Source: Myxococcota bacterium (GTDB taxonomy: Bacteria > Myxococcota_A > SURF-8). From it: 64,000 bases of DNA. Where the stretch lies: positions 4,864,001 to 4,928,000 of the forward strand of contig OZ223209.1 in assembly GCA_965140415.1 (NCBI GenBank), given 5' to 3'. Made by a program: the position numbers and the translations under genes. Numbering within the stretch: the stretch's first letter is position 1; each line of letters begins with the position of its first letter. Of this stretch, positions 59,101 to 61,329 are shown in pieces. Under the pieces are notes generated by a model, which ran no database searches, had not been told where the DNA came from, and saw only the letters and a list, made by a program, of their open reading frames with translations.

Positions 59101-61044
59101 GTTGTAACATGTGCCGCAAACCTGTGGCCAGTTTGGCGCTGTCGGTTTTCGTGTATCCGACCCGATCCAGAAATGGCCGTAGTTCGTTTTCGTATAATCG
59201 GCGCCAGAGGTGTCGTAATTACTGGTACTATTACTCAATGTAGTATACTTGTTCGATCGGTCATACGCGCGCACACAGAACGTTTTGTACTGGTTCGAAG
59301 TAACATGCCAGGCGCTGTCGGTTGGAGTAAAAGCCTCCATTTTTTCGTTTTCCCCCCAACCGGAGCTGTTTACGTAATAGTTGGGAATAGACGTGCTGCA
59401 ATTGGCATTGGTGGCAATATGATAACGGAAATACTTCAGCCCACGAACGGTTTCGTTTGCTCTGAAACGAACCAAGATATCGGAATCGTTGTACCAGTCC
59501 TTGCCGGTATAACCATCGGCTTTTACGTACAGATCCGGAGGTCCGGAGTTATCCATGTAGTAGGTCTGACAAGAAGTACCCGAACCATTGTTTGCATTGT
59601 CATAGCCTTGCATACACAGACTATACTGGCCATTTCCGGGGATGTAAGTCCAAAGCTGGTAACTGTTGTCAGAACAGTTCTCGGTCGAACAGGTCTTACC
59701 GCCTTGAGCCCGACCCCATGAAGGCCAGGAAGTCCACATCATCCGGAACTGCTTCGGACCGGCAACGCTATCGTTGATTTTCCAGGTGATCTTTACGTTC
59801 GAGAGATCGGAATACTGCCAGGATCCATACGGAAAATCGGGAGAGGTTGCAATTCTCTGAAAGGTCGGACCGGTTTTATCGTACCAGATCTTCCACTGGC
59901 GCTTTCCGGTACGTTTATCCTCTGCAGTAGCATTTCCCCAATTAGCATCCGCAAAGGCTTCCCAGCCAAAACTGCGGAAACTGAGCCAATATTTGTTCTC
60001 CGTAGTAGGCGTCGTGGCGGAATAGGGAGTCGAGGTGGTCGTCACACCGCTTCCACCATCGTAACTGGGATAAGTATTGTTGGTTCTGAAGGTGTTACTG
60101 GAGAAATACCGAAGCTTACTGTACATCGCAGCTCCACCGTCACCACTTACTACCTGAGTGCCGCAACCCCACCAGTCGTGCGGAGTAACCGTAAGAGTTT
60201 TCCGGCTTTTGATATAATCGCCATAGTCGGTGGAAAAACCCGAAATTTCGAAGAAACCTTCGTTACCCTTGTAGGTAGAATACGGATTGGAAATACTGGA
60301 AGATCGATAGGTACCTCCCCACATGTTGTGTACGATGTTAGAAGTGCCACTGTAATGGTAATAATCTTCCAGGAATTTGTCGTCTACATGGATGATAAAA
60401 TAGATTCGCTTCCAGGTCGTGCTCCAATTCGGCATTTGTCGATAAAAAAGGATTCGATGCTGAGGCAAATCGGTATAATCGCCTTCGCAATTATCACTGG
60501 AACACCCATCATTATGGAAATTGCTACCCACGTGTACAGATGAACTTTTCCCTCCGGAGTAGAGTAAAATATCGTACCCATTATATACATTTCCATATCC
60601 ACCATAACCAACCCAGCTTGTCCAGCCGGCACTGCCACTAAGCCTGTAATAGGTGTACGCGTAATGTAATGCACCTTCATTTGACGTTCCGACATAAGTG
60701 CGAACAAAAATCCGGCCTCCGTTGTAAGCACGGAAACGCACAGCTTTCCAGTGCCCTTGGCTGGTATAGTACCCAGTAGGACATAGAAATGTATCGGTGT
60801 AACCTTTAAAGGTTCCGTTGCGAGCAGCATATTGCTTGTGGTTGGTGGTTGCTGTTCCACCATGCCAGAAATAATCGTCGATATCGGTATCGTACCCCCG
60901 CCCACCAACATAGTTCCAACCATCATTCCATACCGCCAGAGCCGGCTTTTCGGAAACAAACAGCAAAACCAGCAGAACCGCCATCGACAGAGTCGCCCCA
61001 ACCAGGAACCGGAATGAATCCGTCGTCATACTCCGTCGCTGCAT
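32164..61044 (-). CDS. Giant secreted protein (~9,626 aa): many Ig-like/FN3 repeats, ConA-like and CBM-like domains, C-terminal FGE/SUMF1 domain
   Basis: Single uninterrupted ORF. ATG 61044 has a GGGAGG RBS and a Sec signal ending PALA. Recurrent D.T.P junctions, ING...T...V.L and G.K.VY..F.D..GN repeats, PTW.W.A..D..SG, STHPDQ..WY. C-terminal RLPTEHEWEAAA, DMAGNVNEWV, RGGSW, IGFRCA. Confidence 0.9.
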   Translation of the reverse strand: MQRRSMTTDSFRFLVGATLSMAVLLVLLFVSEKPALAVWNDGWNYVGGRGYDTDIDDYFWHGGTATTNHKQYAARNGTFKGYTDTFLCPTGYYTSQGHWKAVRFRAYNGGRIFVRTYVGTSNEGALHYAYTYYRLSGSAGWTSWVGYGGYGNVYNGYDILLYSGGKSSSVHVGSNFHNDGCSSDNCEGDYTDLPQHRILFYRQMPNWSTTWKRIYFIIHVDDKFLEDYYHYSGTSNIVHNMWGGTYRSSSISNPYSTYKGNEGFFEISGFSTDYGDYIKSRKTLTVTPHDWWGCGTQVVSGDGGAAMYSKLRYFSSNTFRTNNTYPSYDGGSGVTTTSTPYSATTPTTENKYWLSFRSFGWEAFADANWGNATAEDKRTGKRQWKIWYDKTGPTFQRIATSPDFPYGSWQYSDLSNVKITWKINDSVAGPKQFRMMWTSWPSWGRAQGGKTCSTENCSDNSYQLWTYIPGNGQYSLCMQGYDNANNGSGTSCQTYYMDNSGPPDLYVKADGYTGKDWYNDSDILVRFRANETVRGLKYFRYHIATNANCSTSIPNYYVNSSGWGENEKMEAFTPTDSAWHVTSNQYKTFCVRAYDRSNKYTTLSNSTSNYDTSGADYTKTNYGHFWIGSDTRKPTAPNWPQVCGTCYNSDCWFNSAPTYTITPHDTPSGVKTIYCYWRKVGYTHTVLPKSVTATSITMSHPSGSNDPTGNDGKDPWDLICTVTDHAGNADTFSHTYRRDGYPPWGHAITSNRSLGAVWNNTSDHTFTFKAADFSPIVEYQVRATWVDSNNWKTTVLSGLGQDPLNHSQRYNNSSSSSNNYRVSDGHQTIQMKARNSTCVGETAYHTSSSSWATQSVWVDTHAPKASGAPQAGAGYSGSYNSDTTPSVRWTNSAGDNNCASSSACNDAYNNTSTNADDDTLCSCLRQAHRYDLHVWGPGFDRTYQVNHSSCNATYCYATVTNTMPSGTFNFQVRTYDNAGNGTWGSTSTCTIDGTPPSGTYAAVNSGYLVGDTKYVHNNSVEFQLNVGTAETSTPIKFAIMANTNPSCGSISSANWLTWNSGAASGNWTYSKTVGSGLTNFYVYFKDYAGNCAEANSYSPSRPLKVYYDNVDPTSDGLSIWRDGRSGACSNDGDSHTGSRTVDLQVCGQDPTGDVKVMVTDNWIHNYDFETPWALTDLDSTNADAFDEVYNPRHRTRRLKDAGFSTYAMNVDRRETRDVSDWSVLFRQRFVGGSSTSWNGAYNVYTDKPTVANDGAAVNRYVPGNWKWKCGFDYACVVNDTNNKPYALRIYNRTNAKSVWPHGYIGSTYVAANNGFRCRTSDSLPDSGFFESNPFILGTSSSDVTNDLYIEWYPYSSYKGGVDAVSFDNLQIYRYPRESSADCPTGDPDCWEDDWRYTIPSSDSDHRILVNNWQVSRPEGKKAIYAFVRDKAGNILGNTQSELVSNGLMDTIIYDTQPPSNQWIQVNNGAARTCSRTVNVNVKVWDTWTPRKVYFSTSSSTPSVTAGGWLSVPDSVTESVQGTITWSNGLPTGDQGRTVYAWFKDGGNHRSGYVTDAITLDDTGPAFTTQPSIIASPTSTVGSNTYTNDRDIQVRFVASDSWTFSSNRLKICIQENDSSTPASSDSCWKTYVTSGSTATVNHSLCGTSTNCTNGNKILYVFAMDGSGADSDGCPNAADINISAANPTNIYFDDQGPTSCNVVVEGVGKDVNGNTFYNTSYTMQAPVKLSLSSSDPAGLGWYRTSNNNGGSYTSWYSPFPATTSNWVDFTLGGLTHNSTYKAYVQVKDALGNFNSSVSCNDSIKVDTVGPVITGFGIIGNYSGVTTSRTVDLEVYSNDQWTPYYYRACENSAGTVHCEPSATGWGSVSGDLIEDFYINNTDSDETKHVWIWLRDGGGNVSDVPAHATIELDNSPPDCSVVINGGAASTKDPAVTLTLSGGVAAVDEMCISNSSSSCSAWESYTGYKSHTLSNTQGDNYVYVWCRDAFGNTMASPTDDFILLDTLSPMPVTGTPVALNTINGWTNSARPTIQWNATRDQYYECQDHGVPYCDGNCNLSTHVCVEPDGTGLHADTGYQLRWGTNTNANNAARSIAPLNYPNAMTGAPNQDLSDGRWYFRIRARDQILNPYSALSNYGSVRVDRTAPTVASGYTSTNAVEIKKTTVTCGTSTSAISITPTKNVRLDLHFKDDSHTAAGNMKYQVSNGNSGCPGVNASGTWTDYGSGTVGCRQSWPIDGGAVTVESYVCVYIKDVLDNTNTTAFTQHVTYDPEAPTAPGTPSVSARNSLTPTWNWAASHDHKSGVEGIGLANGVGDGSTEQRCMPGSAPAPTYRLYWREKGATGWPNGPFDVDNTNSWTQTSTLADGHTYEMKVYAYDKYCHQSSSSSIGEVTIDTTAPNDSTIKIENDATFTSDLPVTLNFTRASSDTTHMKVWNEGSAEPSTFEAFAFSKNWTIVADTSDGGKPKNLSNKVYAKFKDSAGNISNAMDDDIYYDEWPPTGSITISNKYISGTAATVTISGTDGSPQWDTKQYKLDACTGSSYTNCTGGSYANWTTSTTKALKTSSGLTIEGKHKVFAWYKDGGGNATANADKMEDWVFHDRTAPSTPGTPQANGGLSDTDDVNPTWTWTASSDPGYTGNVETDTGSGLDSTPYQVCWATHSDPTTTDTCVTDTNLSHQTTGLTPGTWYMRVRAKDKAGNWSAWSGNGQVEIVTVGVPGLTRAYAPEDDPVNREMANVMLSIDPGTNGSTVQYSIYEVSTGKYVATDGSLTATSAQWQTVAAWQGSNTGWLEVTGLNDAGVFEFVVTAKYLSGVLYTASPSSAVRANDRTPILEPTVTPTANLAQNRVDLALTMKDPTPFPISSDPLIEAKYAADQKIVMAATGASPLERGIDYVPQNRAGWKQDYFTSVQTRHLARFDSKWSWDTNSMQGSDPESTTFTGIANSIVYEPFRNMLFSQGGSNGTVYKWTVSDYGDTWTGTMIGGSSTMPECIDMTGNSKYLYCLGLWDGTISRYAINSATATSVTAQGSFSPGTTTAYEGIAYNNGLLYVGGQGDTHRQISVYRTGDWVDGTGVYSGSPISTFSISGESTANIGTLFTDGRFLYTHDINHGANNLIYGHALSQRLYAQVADGNVRGKYVPEGGFYDDFNDGVTNGWISRYGSWTESNGVITQVAQAYRNILEVESADPNNRYYMAEVDIYSPTSSGSVAGLNFAYEDYDTFISCRYYFGGTPHSGIYRFGSTGAGWLAENYDVNSSKQSWHKMRVIVTDRDYSCYIDDQLVGQVTGDYLLTDAPGRVALYTHYGDTQFDNFRLVNLEGTESGGTWNLSVDDAKDKVAPDAVAATSNTPAYNTWTNTSSVSVDWNAPNSNGNSYYFQSVAMDAQGNTSAGFANGNFEGGVGPKADNVLARTGVTYDTGCGDNNCKFRIDGTGSYPGLNISGQSWYMKAKGTGTWNDSKVLLMHAPVVGQSGKNFVLEFDYRCLTASSGNGWRFDMGQEPYSATGLIRDTAAKAYLDDGSEVTKNMYQFTCSAGEAGHVVAYHSGAGNYDYYLHAWGWNNTPAAQTMVVDNFSIREVTSSTITTPMAAYYVQLDNSATYDGTTPSDTTTDTARTIGSIVTGTTLGTWYVHVRGRDGGSNWGPAYTYGPFKLDNSKPAAPSVTCTDSHGNVASGGWTTDTSLDCSWTKTTGPSPGTSQSCYTESSSSGSCAWTPHNGDTDTDRAVTLNPLLPGGSTGTSYLYVRSTDTGGTSTVRQFVIRVDNQAPTLPTPITCTNYTDDQWGSNSAATCQWPNTAGPSASSYLYCLDSANTCTPSLNADGLNGSNNPYVVLNDEIASLGSGIYYLRVKNVDLAGQSDVETFTLKVDQINPNTPGIPWVYEGAAILTETADTTPTWSWAAATDNPTPGSGVNGYKLILGMDSAGTTSRTYYPTTNSFTIPDGEPLEGNHMWYARVQAKDAVGNWSTTSDSGNVYLVQINTPNASAVSAVTEVPLLSEAAKVQLVVDASGNPAGTTYAIYEENVTASYLRADGTLGATEAEAAWRTLEDWGGDDGVIIAYLNDASTGGQNEPLHDNTTYGFRANAHFVGLGDPTGLGAIAEITTPDRTQPENTASLTAEPDGTNNQVRVGYNNGGIYWEAEDFETNSGSTPYTAWELASGGAYRKFTSTSQSLEQRFFIETSGVYFLHVRGYYTSSSNNQLRWSVDGATSVAYTISPPGGAYNWGFSMGTAMKATPLTRGWHTLTLTPYSSEQTIIDAVYLGPVQLSGADLSTIEYTHGKYQTLHRSDVGLEAGYNPVDGYFDSFSSNTLANYHVTIGTGEVWSITPSTHSIAPNALSDDTTQNVNTTIAYTNTFHNFVAEVDAYNQDDDGFGLMVRALNSSHYYAFVLHRQSNTVKVCRNSTSTALQSKPYTVSATSWYHFKVVAFANELKFYINDEMQFSLRDTNTSGGGTEAYLAGEVGFVSQSNQPAAYFDNFSIVPLTGPGGHIDVNATDTTAPSMPTLTSSNPATGATSDNTINVVWQAPSDGGSEYFYFSEAHDLEGNSENMLADGGFEQLSTSWLDTGGTGNGPGDSFSEQLYEGKAMYRWTSAGDVYQTVNITTTPSGGSDYFVSGMFRSPNGAALRLQVAYYNGAWTNVFGTPLESTGTGWTSLSRGFHVPAGVTKLQVIAQNPNSSGTYWADDLKLLPVKAVTMATGIAGYDVWHAVNSTTPNASPSIDTTSTSWTTEALSEGTHYIYVRAVDFAGNWSANSLIVGPFEIDRTPPQVSLFRIEGEGPGNEFTDDANRNVTITMNVTDASKVCFKDSPFGGMPSTGDDCWQNYSSSMVWQLPANGDKQYTVYARFMDDVQNITTSDTTDQIYYDTTGPTSSLVIKALDGNESFTRSDSVNLHMTATDLWTPITFCVRNDSDAWYCGDDGLGIPFTTTYPWSITPNEIQPPAVTVRFYDGGGHIVEHTDTIIYDQSGPTCSVDITIPNGPRTSSPDVTVSITGTDQWGPVKYSIANSIGGLASSYATATAVPSDTFQRSWGLSYSGGEVEANRYVYVKCWDAGENESMDTASIILDTRPPNGTFAMWPHGEHDSTPGGAVFTATRSVDMYVTETTNPVETWTPILAQFNNNNVATGWLPVPSHNIATAYENFLLSDVDGPKIVYMQISDTGGNTNPTTGTITDTIYLDRQGPTGTISIANVDGYVGDPQVTISLTATDVWSPIYMQMRNETDTSWQTTNLCASGAVVGGWCPFNPNVTTWTLSNNDGAKTVCVRYKDGGGNTRYSLGSGEERCFNVTLDTNAPDCLIALNGGDSYTNSKDVTAEISNDPVNPAVSFKVVNENDISLGSWNAFGGDPLVPEMYPHDLVTDDRINKADGSKTVYMWCKDYVNQSGPFLATIFLDRVPPSQPGVPAADRTPHNWKDASGATSPVVWTWTAATDTGGSGVASYEVYWSTTPGQESSTRKATPTTTSYTHTTQLANGTWYFWAYAIDNAGNKSSSHSGFGTVLVDTAAPQNISVVIEGNKEWVNYYEVDLTLSSDSDTEKMTIAANADPSTADEDWIGYSTIYENLDLVPNTERADHEARVRFKDLAWNVSNITSDTIGVDVTDPNPITTVSCPSLTNDTTPRCTWSALTDALSGPATTQRYEVYWWQGAGTPQRRFTNNTLYDIGPLTNGIWSFKVVGFDKARNFTTSATVEIEIDTIAPTGSVVINSATAPGPAYTNDPNVDLYLTSTEEYGIRVSNDGATYTDDTFSTPYAWPLDGSIDGVKTVSVIFVDEAGNPASSPTVYTDTIHYDGTAPAAVASLSAGSLETGDRTPLWQWTWAGDVGSGVQSGPHDTETFLLTWEKQGGGAGAGPYTATTTSTSYEHTVDLTRGVWDMTVVAQDRAGNLSTPATASITVYEISAPGKPLLSSLGTYPLNSEKGEAELLLHVDSLNPTGTLYSILESETTGKYLAANGTLTSSTPVWQTLADWNPSGAPIVVKSLANGYVYNFSVAAKFTGFADVFGATQTFVVDDRTKTYNGNLSTAAAGDGTKIDLSWSFDWENYRRVASPIDPGYAQYVVNEEFATSTLRVVSYVDNNKITNGTSSLTLNRGEAGNFSAAELDPTTRLVGTGPFTARPATADMGGMLVPEGFADTAFAIMLPRYGSPMIDVLALSDGTSVGIYTGNSGTPDATRSLSANEHFRFDSLTLSKGVIRIVATQPVLAYYSANGVSGDDYMPIPPLDTEVLGVPSGSNSYVACNEAGTSFTAYRSNGTTQTGSCTNAGDYVQLTGTGGNGIGPAFRIVANKPISAMAVGDGDGSDGEILLPKRFLANAFTIVGGTDYVTVATDQYDVSYTVYQQDGSVRSSGTTTGSGGDDFPGHVSIPNVQEGDLIVTDGAGMLYYDGQEVETGVFGWPMWQNVVSYAPGNGDGIYSPAGGYADSFGDPATKADYSEVLDDGAGTNWSFTNGVAKSANKNTPLGLVYDGFVERDVIVEADMYNDDDDQMGLIFRYSSPSEYYILVLGIQSPNWPGVRLLKRTTTIGNDGVLDAKVLDLPVSLSTDRWYHIKVIAKGKRIRAYIDDYQVFDIVDDSSPVLTPGKAGIYSGYNQVFAQADNFLVAPLPDANTLEATGAYDIVPPLEVTDLETTSGHVASTWNAAADVDVQWIAPADEGTPYTFVQNVLDADGNYNNGFTDGGFEDTGHWTEEVDCSDNVCSLRMIGNFDGSSNYSWKARSTNGDGTTTTHLEQDVELLNEPSNLFLLEFAYRCSDGTGTNGWNFYFEDQNDTSTKLQVTGQSALVDTDSTVAKAMDNFTCSNTETGTFRAVLQTDAVAGRDFRFFFKEHDSANQLQEILIDNLRVRHVSVEDVISGLSGYAVVCDPPGTGDETENVDQSETSFTCTLQEGQNNYVRVRSVDNTGNWDDQQVSIGPFWIDLTDPAAPGQPSTTANPINTATPTWSWTAATDAPSGLRATNTYQIFWTSNEGNQMEEISAQSAWISNDGASPSFTHTAPLDDDVWYVHVYVYDKAGRRSASSPVGTVEVDTVFCTVHSITINGGDAYTGSENVTVEIAVSGEDCNWMKLSNTSTPPASWEDFESPTNHTLIVSTGPSTDGERCVYAWVRDPAFNISTTTPDCIDLDTTGPSRPGAPTTATPNPNKRPIWNWTASVDALSGMRATNTYLMEWSENPSFPVTATWNAYFDSSVNQEHPVDLTDGLWYVHVVAYDAVDNASAWSTDGSVLIDTQPPVCSFEINDPTTPPTYTSTPNVTLYITASDPWLPIEYALKNETTPDYLPTSYTDIYDTATVPNVVPWPLDSSSDGIRTVNMLCRDGGENMSSVITRTITLDQTPPNCTGPLSFTYEESGYAVVVSWPTPTDDTSGMQTVYFEAKIGSGGWAAPAAPMPGGTLASSASSYYYYGMTPGETYQFRYKCVDILDNESPWVESAPLINVDRVPPTTPAGLAATVGMPGVDPDVPVQAPGVAGDGKFIIEWNPVADAHHYNVYGSQTQADLANLLRSSCSFSGTGLSENCSYSVDGSHDTSSYWYDLYPGFDEIAWPFDLSHQIVSKLRVHFWDGDNRIYKRQKLQVYRQGGSILTVNDWAADRSQLGYELGRESAAINGYDLTSVALVFDGITESPFNTTGDSADVIEIEAYGSRLNTAAITLNSYPPVGTPSYVHMAGDMQTWYFRVDAVDADGNVSASSLVIDETSPDASRPEAPTVWSTTHPDQNLWYPDREVCFGWSASDDSGIGMYEWYFDDEPLGDAATVHTVDNQTTYCISDVADGTFYLHVRAQNGSNLWSEYRHRQVNIDATPPTISNLTSPTHDTGTLYIYTDDDCSSNNDPTFTWNGQATSGIDGYFYVIDDTAPPTPPESWTSASLANLGSTNFTGYSDEPDGTRWFHIRALSNSGLWGPAKHYQVRIDTGPTSMAVTSVTTQSNSASWYSAAGTTVTWSSASACGIAQYAYEFSTNATEDPDANIVDGSVTSDSYTFPTSGQWYFHVKSQSNTGVWYTPPVHRLIKIDLAPTAPTVSSSTHPDPDQWVNNGLPTFTWAPGTPLLSGVSGYSYSLTADNPGIPDTDSEGMGTTYTPAVALSSGEWYFNVRAINNVVDTKKWGPTTSYRVRIDTGPFLPIVESSTHDDQNTWYPEDYNDPSFQFWSAAYSGVTKFGYLIDKNVGTIPETGLTGYTECTGACLSDDGSWTAPNDDLTKVKGTADISDLTPGVWYFHVRAQNNAAPAAWGETAHYIVRINKLCEISSVTRTQTVVKVGASYLDYQEAVVTIYDENEVENITTVDIVVAQSGEPSFTNARGYFRWACSSFPACLSGGGFSEEGGYGNNLVALSSGTSSVTQVDDNRLEVTFRWLLLDGYGDTQNNRIYAKGYDKQYDYDGTTTAWSSPSMPFESNMRLPESNHVAPAPNGTWVAEKRPTLTASAVVDPNADDIEFYKFFLATGEDAESGDNVWDSGWITSNTWQPPVDLANDDYYWKVKTHDNHEWESNCNSSADGCTPWLFKVDSDVPALSYLYGDPHASQTNWYSNNTPLMNWRFTADSEIEGYSYALCKSPATCTAPETVMWAASKETDTLGPLDDGIWVFHIRAKSGAGLWSPDHSYILRVDASPPDAPIVVSSTHPDQNEWYSSGAITLTWSAVDDPSGISAYSYAMRTSVGDAGTTDMGDGNTWTGVKSSGTYYFYVRARNGSGLWGAQTLFMIHVDTTAPPAPTITVKSHDPDVWNSDRTAYFEWEDDDDSGIQNYCYSTDANATSCTCNTEMGTGTTYTTPSLADGTHYFHVRAQNGTGAWGACTHSRILIDGTRPTAVTIESTSHPEQTYWYQATTAVTHATASDLSGITYYKAGISKDSVFTPGGTAQAYPEGGFDFSEALTSPEDGVWYFKVIVQNGAGLWSLPFTYLVNVDNTAPTNVSITSSTHPEHTPVHNDAPEFSWTATESLSELKDFCINLYASAGPGDEGDCDPDSTTDGHEIVTGLTRTYSGLADGSYYLNVRARNTSRNSTGGFSLWSDVQRYHIVVEMNGATPPAITVPNQPQANNWYSDNQPIQVQYSAFAGSGVKCYRYIGLDNNDYDGSYDPTNSGQGWTEVCGTCNDPVTPENEYVLPAQSKTYTNNRADGSYWFHVAAISCAAGADWGDVSHRKINLDRTPPVVSVIDSTTHDTYNPDIGGTDDTWCSDSSYCYEPVFYFGATDTGATNLPEFGDPRVQEYSLLFNQQEPPVSLDCDACGTDTACIDSCPDKVGETITQTHNIYQKISESLTVNGIYWLHVRARSNAVDMNNQPYLDWGEPKHIRIKVDVAPPGSVRIGSGIGLFGSSGGPTDETPHYGQISAFYFYTEEVNNADYRACKTAYSTNGVTCYPGTDTANCEATYGSGWVWSPESMECYLPANGQKCSGSHYCSPVDSQCATGCENHSGNPEAGYTSATRPNYFTDSTFNDYPVLNVSWYQAQQFCLWKNMRLPTEHEWEAAAHGEWRYDAGTGEPLSSPNIWPWGSTSPDDASFNNQKPLNYSATAVGDTTFGCFFDGDSQTVGRSTIMTSDGRMKEWSTEEAEWICDMAGNVNEWVIDWYGKYPTSNDYDPVPAAGQDPVLDTMAACKLGCGGDTGCINNCEDKVYRGGSWFDNASQTRGAARGHLPPDYGYDTIGFRCAAPSPNQD

Positions 61045-61329
61045 AATCGCCTCCCTATGCCCGTTTCGGCGGTGTGAGGGGTGATCGGATCGAACCTGTT
61101 GATCTGGGTAGTAGGTCTGCATGGTCATAGCCTTTCGAAAGATTCCTGCCGTCCCTAGCCCCAGGGAACGGGAAGAATACTCCCAAGCTCCGGAATTCGG
61201 AGTTAAATGAACCTTCGCATTCGAACGAGTCGAAATACGAAAAGAATGTCGTCTGTTGAGTTGCTTGTTCATTACGAACACGTCACCTCGTAAGTAATCA
61301 TTTTTTCAAACAACGCGGCGCGCGACACA

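Noticed and set aside
61045-61281. 79-codon N-terminal extension of the giant ORF
   Set aside because: A strong GGGAGG RBS and signal peptide point to ATG 61044; the extension overlaps likely intergenic sequence.
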